From an uncultured Acidimicrobiaceae bacterium (GTDB lineage Bacteria; Actinomycetota; Acidimicrobiia; Acidimicrobiales; RAAP-2): DNA of 64,000 nucleotides. Below, piece after piece: positions 19,332 to 31,002 of this stretch; positions within the stretch are counted from its first letter, which is position 1, and every line of letters starts with the position of its first letter. The stretch covers positions 872 to 64,871 of the forward strand of contig CAWCFG010000008.1 in NCBI GenBank assembly GCA_963794875.1, written 5' to 3'. A program made the translations under genes and the position numbers. The notes under the pieces are model-generated. The model was not told the origin of the DNA. It saw only the letters and a list, made by a program, of their open reading frames with translations, and did not search any database.

Positions 19332-20321
19332 TCAGGCAGTCGGATCGACGAGGATCCGTCCTCGCACCGCAGCATCGAGCACCCGGTCGAGCGCGGCCGT
19401 GAGCCCGTTGAGGCCGATCTCCTCGTTGACCATCTCTTCACAGTGCTCCAGCGGGAACGCGTCGACCATGTCGTTCCAGAGTGCGCGTCGCTCATCGATC
19501 GGTGTGGCCACGGTGTCGATCCCCAACAGGGCGACGCCACGCACAATGAAGGGATAGACCGTGGTGGCGAGGTCGTTGCCTCCCGTCAGGCCGCTGGCTG
19601 CGACCGCTCCGCCGTAGCGAACGGTGCGCAGCGCTTCGGCCAGCGCCCTCCCGCCGACGCAGTCGACGACGCCCGCCCACAGCTGGGGCCCCAAGGTACG
19701 GCCGTCGTCCTCGGTGAACTCTCGGCCGACCACGCGGGAGGCCCCGAGCCCCTTGAGGTAGTCGTGCTCCGTCGTCTTGCCCGATGAGGCCACGACCTCG
19801 AATCCACCGCGGGCCAGCAAGGCGACGGCGGCGCTTCCGACGCCCCCGGACGCGCCCGTGACGAGAATGGGCCCGTCCTCGGGCGTCGTCCCGTGATGGA
19901 CGAGACGACGGAGCGACAACAGGGCGGTGCAACCGGCCAACCCGATGATCGCCGCGGTACGACACGTCAGGCCGTCGGGCAGCGGCACCACCCAATCGGC
20001 CGGCACACGTGCATAGGCGGCGAACCCGCCGTGACGGTCCACACCGAGCTCGTAGCCCTGCACCAGAACACGCTGGCCCGGCGTGAAGTCGGGATTCGTG
20101 CTCTCCTCGACACTGCCTGTCAGCTCGACGCCGGGCACGAGTGGGAAGACACGGGCCACGCGGTTTCCCGGGCGGGTGACCATGGCGTCCTTGAAGTTGA
20201 TGGCGGACCATTCGACCCGGACGAGCACCTCGCCCTCCGGGAGGTCGGTGTCGGCCAGCTCGACCACGGCGGGACGGATGACCGCGCCCGCCTTGGAGAG
20301 CAGGTAGGCCGCGAAACGCAC
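19332..20321 (-). CDS. YhdH/AcuI-type NADPH:quinone / acrylyl-CoA reductase (MDR superfamily)
   Basis: EGEVLVRVEWSAINFKDAMVT...FPLVPGVELTGSV...VTGASGGVGSAAVALLA. The start is set at GTG 20321, and the ORF extends to 20396. Confidence 0.75.
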   Translation of the reverse strand: MRFAAYLLSKAGAVIRPAVVELADTDLPEGEVLVRVEWSAINFKDAMVTRPGNRVARVFPLVPGVELTGSVEESTNPDFTPGQRVLVQGYELGVDRHGGFAAYARVPADWVVPLPDGLTCRTAAIIGLAGCTALLSLRRLVHHGTTPEDGPILVTGASGGVGSAAVALLARGGFEVVASSGKTTEHDYLKGLGASRVVGREFTEDDGRTLGPQLWAGVVDCVGGRALAEALRTVRYGGAVAASGLTGGNDLATTVYPFIVRGVALLGIDTVATPIDERRALWNDMVDAFPLEHCEEMVNEEIGLNGLTAALDRVLDAAVRGRILVDPTA

Positions 20322-20388
20322 GGGTTCACTGTAGGGCGCGGTGCCGACACGTTCTGGCGGGACGGGTTGCAACGGGTACGTTCGGACC

Positions 20389-22376
20389 GTGACCACAATT
20401 GCACGTTATGGGGGCTGGGCTTCGCCCCTCGCGGCGGGGGACGTGGCGCGGGCCAAGGTATCGCTCTCGGAGATCTGCTCCGACGGAGAGGCGCTCTACT
20501 GGCTCGAGTCCCGCCCAGCCGAGGCGGGCCGGACCGTGGTGGTGCGGGCCGATGCTCGCGGCCTGACCGACCATTCGCCGGAGACGGTGAGTATTCGGAG
20601 CCGGGTCAACGAGTACGGCGGCGGCGCGCTCAGCCTCGTGCCGGGACGAGCCGCCGGCGCCTTCGCGTATGTCGACCTGTCGGACCAACGGGTCTGGTTC
20701 TGTGATGGGGCGGGAGCCGCGTCCGCCGCGGTGGCACCGGTGGCGCCGGTGGCATTGAGCGCACCGCCTCCGCCGGGCGAGATCCACAATCACGGTGGGC
20801 TCAGCGCCACCGCGGACGGCCAATGGGTACTGGCCGTGCGGGAGATCCATCGCGAGGGGTCGGCGAGGCCCCTACGGAGCGTCGTCGCCCTGTCGACACG
20901 GACCGACTCGCCCTGCGAGTCGGTCTTGCTCGACGGGCATGATTTCTTCGGTTCGCCCCGGCCGCACCCGGCCGGTGACCGTCTGGCCGTGGTCGCCTGG
21001 GATCATCCGGACATGCCGTGGGACGCTTCGACGGTCCTGTTGCTGCCGCTCGGTCTGGGTTCCTGCGGTTCACACGACCACGAGGTGCTGCTCGCCGGGG
21101 GGCCGGCACGGCGTGTGGCCGGTGGGAGCGGGGAATCGGTCGGCCAACCGGACTGGGGTCACGACGGGTCGTTGCGATTCGTCTCGGACCGGGAAGGGTG
21201 GTGGCAGCCCTACCGCCACCCGGGTCGCATCGGCGCAGACGAGGAGCCCATGGCCCTGACTGCGCTGGAGGCCGAGTTTCACGGACCGGACTGGGTGCTC
21301 GGCCAGCGAACCATGGCGGAGATGACCGACGGGACTCTGGTCACCCGGATGACGCGCGCCGGGCGCGACAGGCTCGTCGCGCTGCACGCTCTCGGTCACG
21401 CGGGGACGCCGCCGCCGCTCGCGCCCGCGCAACCGTGCGTCTCCATTGCCGCGGTGTGCGCGCACGGGAACGGCGTTGCCCTGATCGGCAGCACGCTCGA
21501 CACGGCCTCCACCATTTGGACATGGAGTCCCGAGACGGGGCGCGGCCGGTCCGTCCTCACGCCGGGGTGGTCCTCGAACACGGGGACGTCGCCGTGGGGG
21601 AGCCGTTCACGCTGGTCGGGCGGTCAGGCCGTGCGGTGCACGGCACGCTGTTCCGTCCCACGCTGCGCGCCACGCGCGGTCCGGAGGTGGTCGCGCCTCC
21701 GTTGGTGACGTGGTGCCACGGGGGCCCGACGTCGTCCTGCCAGGCGGGGCTCGACCTCACGTTGCAGTTTTTCGCGACGCGCGGCTTTGCTGTGGCGTGC
21801 GTGGACTACGCGGGGAGCTCGGGTCATGGGCGGGACTACCGGTGCGCCCTATGGGGTCAATGGGGCCTCGCCGACTCGGAGGACTGCCTCGATGCGGCGC
21901 GGTACCTGGCGGACCGAGGCGAGATCGACCCGCAGCGGATGGCCGTGCGGGGCGGCAGTGCGGGAGGGATGACGGCCCTCAATGCGCTGGCTGCTGGAGA
22001 GGGCTTCGCCGCCTGCGTCTCCTGGTACGGCGTCACGGACCTGCTGGCTCTCGTCGCGACCACCCACGATTTCGAGGCCCACTACACCGACCGTCTGATC
22101 GGGCCGTTGCCCGAGGCGCGTCGGCTGTATGAGGAGCGTTCGCCCGTCCACCGCGCCGGGGCCATGGGCGGTTCGGTGCTCCTGCTCCAGGGGACCGAGG
22201 ATGCCGTGGTGCCACCCGCCCAGGCTGAGGGCATGCGGGCCGCCCTCGATGCCGCCGGGACCCACTGCGACCTGGAATTCTTCGAGGGGGAGGGACACGG
22301 ATTCCGACGGGCGGACACCTTGACTGCGTGCCTGGAGGCCGAATTGGCGTTCTACGTCCGCCACCTCCACCTTTAG
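20389..22376 (+). pseudogene. S9 family (prolyl oligopeptidase / acylaminoacyl-peptidase-like) serine peptidase, frameshifted at the G4 run 21537-21540
   Basis: The beta-propeller half lies in ORF 20341..21708. The alpha/beta-hydrolase half lies in ORF 21018..22376 (VRGGSAGGMTAL with the catalytic Ser, then GEGHGF). The frames join at ...WSPETG/ARPVRPHAGVVL. Confidence 0.8.
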
Positions 22377-22432
22377 GATCATCCAGGGGTTCCTTCACGC
22401 GATCCCCCTGTGTGCGAGGCTTTTGCGAGGCC

Positions 22433-23833
22433 ATGCTGAACGATTCCCCCACAGTGATCCCGAGTTGGGCGACGCCCTGGGCCGACTGGTGGTCACGCGT
22501 CTGGGGGCGCATCAAGCGGATAACCCCAGAGGTCGGCGACGCCTTGTTGTACGGCGCCAGTGCCCTCTTCGCGCTCCTCACCATCTTCACGTCGACCAAC
22601 GCGCTCTACCAGGTGTGGGGCCGCATGGCATTGATCCCGTTCGCGTTCGGCGCGGTGGCGTCAGCCGTCCTGGCCGGCGCCCTGCGGCGTGCCCGCCGCC
22701 GGCAGGCCGGCCATGCGCTCACGAAGCGCCAGCACCGGCGCGCCTGGCTGACCCGCATTGTCGTCGCCGCATGCGTGTTCGCCGGCTCCCTCGCCATCCC
22801 GATGGGCTTTGAGGTCCTCTGGCGGTTCGATCACGTGGCCGGATCCCACCAGCAGCCCGAGGTCGTCACCGTCGAGGTCGGAGGTCAGGACCTCGTGCAC
22901 GGCACCGATCCGTACGTCGTGCCGGTGCGCCTCCACCATGCCGTGAGGTACCACCCCCCGGGCCAACCGGACTTCGAGGGATTCTTGCCCTACCTGCCGC
23001 TGATGGCCGTTGCCGGCATTCCGAGCGAGATCTGGCCGAACAACGGGCTGAGCGACGCCCGGATCTTCTTCTGTCTCACGACACTCGCCGTCGCGGCTGT
23101 CGCGCTGTATCTCTGTCGGGCTGACGGACGACGAAAGATCCGGGCCGTACAGGCGCTCATCATCCTCCCGGTCGCGTCGTTGCCGCTGGCCACGGGGGGA
23201 GATGACATACCCGTGGTGGCCTTCCTGCTCCTGGCCGTGGTCCTGGCGCAGCGCCAGAGACCCTTCGCATCGGGTGTCGTCTTCGGCATCGCCTCGGCCA
23301 TGAAGTTCACCGCGTGGCCACTCGCGGCCCTGGCGCTGTTCGCGGCGCGGGGACGAAACGGCGAGCGGCGCCCGTTCTCCATGCTGGCCGGCATGATCGT
23401 CGTCGCCGTGCCCACCATCTTCCCGTTCGCCCTCCGCGGCCCGTTCGCGCTCATCGACGACGTCATCCTCTTCCCGCTCGGCCTGAGCAAAATCCCGACG
23501 ACGGCCGCCAGCGCGCTGCCCGGTCATGTGCTGGTGAGCGAGTTCCCGTCGCTGAGTCGGGCGCTGCCCCTTGCGGTCGGCATCGTCTTGGCGGTCCTCC
23601 TGACCCGGCACCTCTACCGCCACACGCCGGGGACCGCGGCGGAGGTCTGCATGATCGCCGGTGTCGTGATGTCCGCGCTGATCTTCCTGGCCCCCGATCC
23701 GCGCGTGGGCTATCTGCTGTACCCGATCAACTTCTTCGTGTGGGCCTACTTGCTGGCTCAGCCGGTGTCCGGAAGGGAAGGCGAAGAGCTGCTCGAGCCG
23801 GTGGACGCATCGATCGGCTCCGCATCGAGCTGA
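22433..23833 (+). CDS. Polytopic membrane protein, GT87/DUF2029-like glycosyltransferase (tentative)
   Basis: ATG 22433 (MLNDSPTVIP...), about 12 predicted TM segments and a loop pattern reminiscent of polyprenol-phosphate-dependent glycosyltransferases. Confidence 0.45.
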   Translation: MLNDSPTVIPSWATPWADWWSRVWGRIKRITPEVGDALLYGASALFALLTIFTSTNALYQVWGRMALIPFAFGAVASAVLAGALRRARRRQAGHALTKRQHRRAWLTRIVVAACVFAGSLAIPMGFEVLWRFDHVAGSHQQPEVVTVEVGGQDLVHGTDPYVVPVRLHHAVRYHPPGQPDFEGFLPYLPLMAVAGIPSEIWPNNGLSDARIFFCLTTLAVAAVALYLCRADGRRKIRAVQALIILPVASLPLATGGDDIPVVAFLLLAVVLAQRQRPFASGVVFGIASAMKFTAWPLAALALFAARGRNGERRPFSMLAGMIVVAVPTIFPFALRGPFALIDDVILFPLGLSKIPTTAASALPGHVLVSEFPSLSRALPLAVGIVLAVLLTRHLYRHTPGTAAEVCMIAGVVMSALIFLAPDPRVGYLLYPINFFVWAYLLAQPVSGREGEELLEPVDASIGSASS

Positions 23834-23865
23834 ACGCAACGAGCCGATGGCGCACCACGGCGCGC

Positions 23866-24471
23866 CTATTCGGGATCCGGCACCTGGAAGAGCCGCACCG
23901 TGAAGTGGGTCGTCCCTCGGGCGGGGCCGTCCGATCTGAATGTCGTTGCGTTGACCGTGGCGCCCATTTCCCAGTAGTAGCCGTCGGAGCCTGCGAGCTT
24001 GCCCAGGACCTGAAGGGCTCCCGGGTCGTTCCTCGCCGCACCCTGGTCCGAGATCTGCCAACCCTCGAGCTTCATGTCCGCGGCGTAGAAGGCAAGCAGT
24101 GCGGCCTGGGATTCACCGGACCCGAAGGTCACCTGGGAGTCGTATTGACCGGCCCCCGCGCTGTTGTTCTGGTGCGAGATCCGAACCGATCCCACCGGGA
24201 CCGAGACGGCATTGAGGATGTTGTTGGGCGGCTCGCCGGCGCTGACGATCGGCGAGAGCAGCCCGGCGGCGGGCACGGCCCGCAGGGTGACGCCGGGGAC
24301 ACCGACAGCGGTATCGGAATGCTTGACCGCAGCCGGGGATTGGGTGGACACAATGCCGATGGTGACGAAGAGGACGAGGATGAGCCCGGCCAGGCCCAGC
24401 ACGATCATGGCCGGTCGCATGGAGATCCCTGTGGGCGAGGGTGGCCGCCGCGGTTCGAGCACATCCGTCAT
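23866..24471 (-). CDS. Hypothetical membrane-anchored protein
   Basis: 201-aa ORF with a single N-terminal TM (AMIVLGLAGLILVLFVTIGIV). It lies directly downstream of thiD on the same strand. Confidence 0.5.
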   Translation of the reverse strand: MTDVLEPRRPPSPTGISMRPAMIVLGLAGLILVLFVTIGIVSTQSPAAVKHSDTAVGVPGVTLRAVPAAGLLSPIVSAGEPPNNILNAVSVPVGSVRISHQNNSAGAGQYDSQVTFGSGESQAALLAFYAADMKLEGWQISDQGAARNDPGALQVLGKLAGSDGYYWEMGATVNATTFRSDGPARGTTHFTVRLFQVPDPE

Positions 24472-24483
24472 GACGCTCCAAGC

Positions 24484-26232
<1,749 letters not shown>

Positions 26233-26260
26233 CGGCCGGGGTAGGGAAGGCGAACGTCAC

Positions 26261-27328
26261 ATGCGATGGAAAAGGGCGTCGAGCTCGGAGAACGCCGCAA
26301 AATGTCGGCGAGGAGCGCGGGCCGGCCTGGCGGTCGTCGCGGGCGCCATCGTGCTGGCGGGATGTTCCTCTTCCGGCTCGACACCATCTGCGAAGGCGTT
26401 GACGCTCTACTCGGGACAACACGAGCAGACCACGCAGGCCCTGGTCGCCGCGTTCGAGAAGCAGACCGGCATCACGGTCAACGTGCGCAACGACGACGAA
26501 GACGTGCTGGCCGATCAGATCGTCACGGAAGGATCACGGTCACCCGCAGACGTGTACTTCACCGAGAACACGCCGCCGTTGCAGGAGTTGGCTTCCAAGG
26601 GCCTTCTGGCCAGCGTTGCACCAACCACCCTGGCCAACACGCCGTCGCGCTTCAACTCGCCCGACGGCAAATGGGTGGGGGTGACGGCCCGCGTGAGCGT
26701 CATGGGGTACAACACGTCCCTCCTCAACCCGAGCCAGCTCCCGACGTCGGTGATGGATCTGGCCGATCCGAAGTGGAAGGGGAAGATCGGCATCGCCGGT
26801 TCCGAGACCGACTTCCAACCGATCGTCACCTCGATCGCCCGGACCCACGGCGATGCGGCGGCCTTGGCGTGGCTGGAGGCGGTCAAGGCGAACGCAGGCA
26901 GTCACAGCTATCCCGACAACGAGACCCTCGTCTCGGAGATCAATCGCGGGCAGGTGGCGCTGGGCGTTATCAACCAGTACTACTGGTACCGTGAAAAAGC
27001 GCAGGTCGGCGACTCGGGGCTCCACTCGGCCATCGCCTACTTCGCCCCGCACGACCCCGGGTACGTGATCGACGTGTCCGGCGCCGGCATCTTGAAGTCG
27101 TCGGGCCAGCAGGCCGACGCCCAGCGCTTCCTGGCCTTTTTGACCTCGAAGGAAGGTCAGGAGATCATCGGGCACAGCGACAGCTACGAGTACCCGATCG
27201 CGTCAGGGGTCACGACCGCGAAGCCGGAGACTCCCTTCGACCAGCTCCAGCCGAACAGCATCACCATCCCCGAACTGGGCACGGGCGCCGCCGCGATCAA
27301 GCTGCTGCAGGAGGCCCAACTGCTGTGA
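26261..27328 (+). CDS. Fe(III) ABC transporter substrate-binding lipoprotein (FbpA/AfuA-like)
   Basis: Lipobox LAGCSS, then LTLYSGQHEQT...VYFTENTP...YYWYR, the typical iron-binding SBP pattern. Confidence 0.8.
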   Translation: MRWKRASSSENAAKCRRGARAGLAVVAGAIVLAGCSSSGSTPSAKALTLYSGQHEQTTQALVAAFEKQTGITVNVRNDDEDVLADQIVTEGSRSPADVYFTENTPPLQELASKGLLASVAPTTLANTPSRFNSPDGKWVGVTARVSVMGYNTSLLNPSQLPTSVMDLADPKWKGKIGIAGSETDFQPIVTSIARTHGDAAALAWLEAVKANAGSHSYPDNETLVSEINRGQVALGVINQYYWYREKAQVGDSGLHSAIAYFAPHDPGYVIDVSGAGILKSSGQQADAQRFLAFLTSKEGQEIIGHSDSYEYPIASGVTTAKPETPFDQLQPNSITIPELGTGAAAIKLLQEAQLL

Positions 27329-28944
27329 CGCCTGGCGAGGCGGCTCCCGGTCGCCGCGGCGGTCGGCGCCGTTTGCCACCGATCCTCACGACCGGGGCCG
27401 TGCTGGTGTCCGTGGCGGTGCTGCTGCCGCTCGTGTTCCTCGTCGTGCAGGCGGTGCAGGTGGGTTGGCCGGACCTGCACCAGCTCCTCTTCCGGAGCCT
27501 GACCGCGACGCTGATCTGGAACACCGTCTCGCTTGTCGTCGTGGTGACCGTCTTGAGTGTCGTCGTCGGCACGTTGGCGGCCTGGTTCGTCGAGCGGACC
27601 GACGTCCCGTGTCGTCGCCTCCTGGCGATCCTCGTCGTGATCCCACTCGGCATCCCGGACTTCCTGGTCAGTTTCGGATGGAAGGCCATCTTCCCCTCCA
27701 TCGCCGGCTTCTGGGCCGCCGTGCTGGTGATGACCCTCGCCGTCTATCCGTTGGTCTTCCTTCCCGTCGCCGCCAGCCTGCGGTCGGCGGACCCGGCGCA
27801 GGAGGAGGTGGCGCGTTCCCTCGGCCTGGGCCGGGTCCGGACGTTCTGGACCGTCACGGTGGGTCAGGCGCGGTTGGCCATCTCCGGGGGTGCGGTCCTG
27901 GTCGGCTTGGTGGTGCTGGCCGAGTTCGGCGCTTTCGAGATCCTCGGCTACCAGACCCTGACGACCGAGATCTACAACGAGTTCCAGGTCGGCTTCAACG
28001 AGCCGGCGGCCTGTGCGTTGTCCGTCATTCTGGTGCTCCTCGGCGGCCTGCTCCTGGCCGGCGAGAGCGGCGTCCGGGGCCAGGTCCGGACGTCGCGGCT
28101 CGGCGCCGGCGCGGCTCGCCAGCTCCGCCCCGTTGCGCTCGGGCGCGGCAGACCGCTGGCCTTCATCGGAGTGGCCCTGCTGGTCGTGCTGGCGCTGGGC
28201 GTCCCGGTGGGCGCCGTGATCTACCTCCTCATCAAGGGGGGGAGCAGCACGCTGCCGGCGGCTTCGTCCCTGGCCGATGCGACGCTGAACACGTTCGGGT
28301 ATGGGGCGGCAGCGGGAGTGCTGGCCACCCTTGCTGCGGTCCCGATCGCCCTGCTTTCTGTCCGTTTCCCGCGGCGGACGGTGCTGAGCCTCGAGCGATC
28401 CAACCTGGTCGTCCTCGCGATACCCGGTCTGGTCATTGCGTTGAGCCTCGCCTACGTGACCGAGCACTTCTTGCAGGGCCGCTTCTATCAGACCAGTTCG
28501 TTGCAGGTGGTCGCCTACGCCATCATGTTCTTCCCGCTCGCGGTCGTGGCGGTCCGGTCCGCCGTCGCCCGTGCGCCCGTCGGACTGGAAGAAGTGGCGG
28601 GTTCACTCGGCGTCAGTCGACGCTCCGTCATGTGGCGCGTCACCTTGCCGCTGGTCGCCCCCGGCCTGGCGGCCGCCTTCGCCCTGGTCTTCCTCGAAAC
28701 GGCCACCGAGCTCACTGCCACGTTGGTCCTCCATCCGACGAATGTGCAAACCCTCGCCACCCAGTTCTGGGCCTACGAGTCGAACGTGTCCTATTACCAG
28801 GCGGCCATCTATGCGGGCGTCATGATCCTCATCGCGGCCGTGCCCGGCTACGTGCTCGGTCGCTGGTTCGACCGCCAGCCGGCGCGGATGGCTGCCGTGG
28901 GCCAGAGTGCACTCGACGCATCGACCACACTGGTCTCCGCATGA
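27325..28944 (+). CDS. Iron ABC transporter permease (duplicated FbpB-type)
   Basis: 539 aa with 12 TM segments and two EAA-like loops (EEVARSLGLGRVRTFWTVT and EEVAGSLGVSRRSVMWRVT). Confidence 0.85.
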   Translation: MTPGEAAPGRRGGRRRLPPILTTGAVLVSVAVLLPLVFLVVQAVQVGWPDLHQLLFRSLTATLIWNTVSLVVVVTVLSVVVGTLAAWFVERTDVPCRRLLAILVVIPLGIPDFLVSFGWKAIFPSIAGFWAAVLVMTLAVYPLVFLPVAASLRSADPAQEEVARSLGLGRVRTFWTVTVGQARLAISGGAVLVGLVVLAEFGAFEILGYQTLTTEIYNEFQVGFNEPAACALSVILVLLGGLLLAGESGVRGQVRTSRLGAGAARQLRPVALGRGRPLAFIGVALLVVLALGVPVGAVIYLLIKGGSSTLPAASSLADATLNTFGYGAAAGVLATLAAVPIALLSVRFPRRTVLSLERSNLVVLAIPGLVIALSLAYVTEHFLQGRFYQTSSLQVVAYAIMFFPLAVVAVRSAVARAPVGLEEVAGSLGVSRRSVMWRVTLPLVAPGLAAAFALVFLETATELTATLVLHPTNVQTLATQFWAYESNVSYYQAAIYAGVMILIAAVPGYVLGRWFDRQPARMAAVGQSALDASTTLVSA

Positions 28945-30014
28945 AGGACCTTCGCATCTCGGGCGTGGCCAAAGCCTTCGGGCCCCAGCCCGTCTTGCGC
29001 GGCGTGGACCTGTCGGTGCCGAGCGGTTCCTTCACGGCCATCCTCGGCTCTTCGGGGAGTGGCAAGACGACGCTGCTGCGGATCGTGGCAGGGTTCGAGC
29101 GGCCCGATGACGGAGAGATCCGTATCGGGGAGGGCCTCGTCGAGGATGCCGCTCGTCGCTTCGTTCCCAGCGAGCGTCGGCGCATCGGCTACGTCCCGCA
29201 GGAGGGCGCGCTGTTCCCGCACCTCAGTGTCGGCCGGAACGTCGCGTTCGGCCTGCCTCATGGTCCCGATCGCCGCCACCGCGTCGACGAGCTGCTCGAA
29301 CTCGTGGGGTTGTCGGGGTACCGCCGGCGCTACCCGCATCAACTCTCCGGGGGGCAGCAGCAGCGGGTCGCACTCGCCCGGGCCTTGGCCGTCGGGCCCG
29401 AGGTGGTCCTGTTGGACGAGCCTTTCTCGTCGCTCGATGCAGCGCTGCGGTCCTCCGTCCGTGCCGACGTCCTCGCGGTTCTCCGTCAGGCCGGCACCAC
29501 GTCCATGTTGGTGACCCACGACCAGGACGAGGCGCTGTCCATGGCCGACCAGGTGGCGGTGTTGCGGCACGGCGTGATCGCGCAGGTGGACACTCCGGCG
29601 GGTCTCTACGGCCGGCCCGGCGATGTCGAGCTGGCGCAATTCCTGGGCGAGTCGAACGTCCTGGAGGGTGAGGTCCTCGGCGGCACGGCGGCCACGGCGC
29701 TGGGGGACCTTTCCGTGGACGCCGGCAGCGGCGCTCCCGCCGGCGGGCGGGCCCGGGTCATGGTCCGCCCCGAGCAGATCAGGCTCCACGAGTCCATCAA
29801 CGGTGGGGTGCTGGCGGTGGTGCAGAGCTACGAGTACTACGGCCACGATGCCGTGGTGCGGGTCCGGCCCGAGGACGGGCGCCTGCCCGACCTCGTCGTG
29901 CGGGTCAGTGGGGGCTCGCCCGTCGAGCCCGGGCACCGGGTCGGGCTCTCGGTGCTCGGCCCCGTCGTGGTCTGGCCCCAGGAGCCCTCGAAATCCAGCA
30001 TTCCTCCCGAATGA
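28941..30014 (+). CDS. Iron ABC transporter ATP-binding protein (FbpC-like)
   Basis: ATG 28941. Walker A GSSGSGKTT, signature LSGGQQQRV, Walker B VLLDEP. Only the C-terminal third of ORF 27465..30014 is real. Confidence 0.88.
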   Translation: MKDLRISGVAKAFGPQPVLRGVDLSVPSGSFTAILGSSGSGKTTLLRIVAGFERPDDGEIRIGEGLVEDAARRFVPSERRRIGYVPQEGALFPHLSVGRNVAFGLPHGPDRRHRVDELLELVGLSGYRRRYPHQLSGGQQQRVALARALAVGPEVVLLDEPFSSLDAALRSSVRADVLAVLRQAGTTSMLVTHDQDEALSMADQVAVLRHGVIAQVDTPAGLYGRPGDVELAQFLGESNVLEGEVLGGTAATALGDLSVDAGSGAPAGGRARVMVRPEQIRLHESINGGVLAVVQSYEYYGHDAVVRVRPEDGRLPDLVVRVSGGSPVEPGHRVGLSVLGPVVVWPQEPSKSSIPPE

Positions 30015-30103
30015 CGCACTCGTAACTACGGCGGTGTCGTCCCCCGTGCACTACAGTGTCCGGTTGGAGTGGTAGCGCAGGAGTGGGATTGCAGGGAGGT
30101 GTG

Positions 30104-30607
30104 ATGGTCGACGACGCCGTAACTCGTGTCGGGGGGTTTCATGGGCCGCAGGTATGCGGCCTCGTGGGAATCTCGTACCGGCAGCTCGACTACTGGGCCC
30201 GAACGGGCCTGCTTCAACCATCGGTGGCGACCGCCAAGGGCAGTGGTTCCCGACGCGTCTACGCCTATTCGGACGTGCTCGAGCTCAAGGTGATCAAGCA
30301 GTTGCTCGATTCGGGGATCTCCCTGCAATCGGCGCGACGAGCCGTCGAGTGCCTGCGGGAGGATTTGGGCTCGGACCTGGCGTCGGCCAACCTCGTCCTG
30401 ACCGGGACCAGCTCGGTGCTGGCCCGTTCGAACGGCGAGGTCGTGGACCTCCTGGCCGGGGGCCAAGGCGTCTTCAACATCGTGCCGCTCGCCGGCGTGG
30501 TCGAGGAGCTGGACGCGGACATCGTGAGTCTCGACGCCGCAGCCAAGGCCGCCCCCGCCAAGGAGCGGCCCACCCGAGTGCAGGTCGCACGGGCCTCGGG
30601 GGAGTGA
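30104..30607 (+). CDS. MerR family transcriptional regulator (Rv1830-like)
   Basis: VCGLVGISYRQLDYWARTGLLQPS...RRVYAYSDVLELKVIKQLLDSGISLQ. Confidence 0.8.
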   Translation: MVDDAVTRVGGFHGPQVCGLVGISYRQLDYWARTGLLQPSVATAKGSGSRRVYAYSDVLELKVIKQLLDSGISLQSARRAVECLREDLGSDLASANLVLTGTSSVLARSNGEVVDLLAGGQGVFNIVPLAGVVEELDADIVSLDAAAKAAPAKERPTRVQVARASGE

Positions 30608-30993
30608 CCTCGACGGACCCAGCGCGTGTCGGGCGCAGTCACCATCCGGCATGTGTGCCCGCGGGGCAGGTCCGTTTCGCCCATCCCTCCGAGCGCGTGT
30701 TCGCCACCCTCCTCGATCTGTCGGGCGAGCGGTGGGAGTACGAGCCCGTGGAGTTCCCGTTGGCCTGGGACAGCAGCGGTTCGCCCGTTGCCGGCTTCCG
30801 ACCGGATTTCTATCTGCCCCGTCGCGGCGTCTTCATCGAGCTGACCACCGCGGACCAACGGCTGGTGACACGAAAGAACCGCAAGGTCCGCCGCATGCGT
30901 GAGCTCTATCCCGAGGTGCCGATCTCCATCGTGTACCAGCGGGACTTCGCGTCCCTGATCGCGTCGCACGGTTTGCTCTCTGGGGCGGCGTAG
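30604..30993 (+). CDS. Small conserved hypothetical protein with a possible PD-(D/E)XK-like motif
   Basis: GTG 30604 overlaps the merR stop. It contains ERWEYEPVEFPL...GFRPDFYLPRRGVFIELT. Its position corresponds to the small gene preceding gcvP in mycobacteria. Confidence 0.5.
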   Translation: MTSTDPARVGRSHHPACVPAGQVRFAHPSERVFATLLDLSGERWEYEPVEFPLAWDSSGSPVAGFRPDFYLPRRGVFIELTTADQRLVTRKNRKVRRMRELYPEVPISIVYQRDFASLIASHGLLSGAA

Positions 30994-31002
30994 TCTGAAT
31001 CC

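Noticed and set aside
27465-28940. N-terminal 490 codons of the 849-aa ORF 27465..30014
   Set aside because: This part is out of frame with, and fully overlaps, the well-supported permease gene. Only the part from ATG 28941 (the ABC ATPase) is real.
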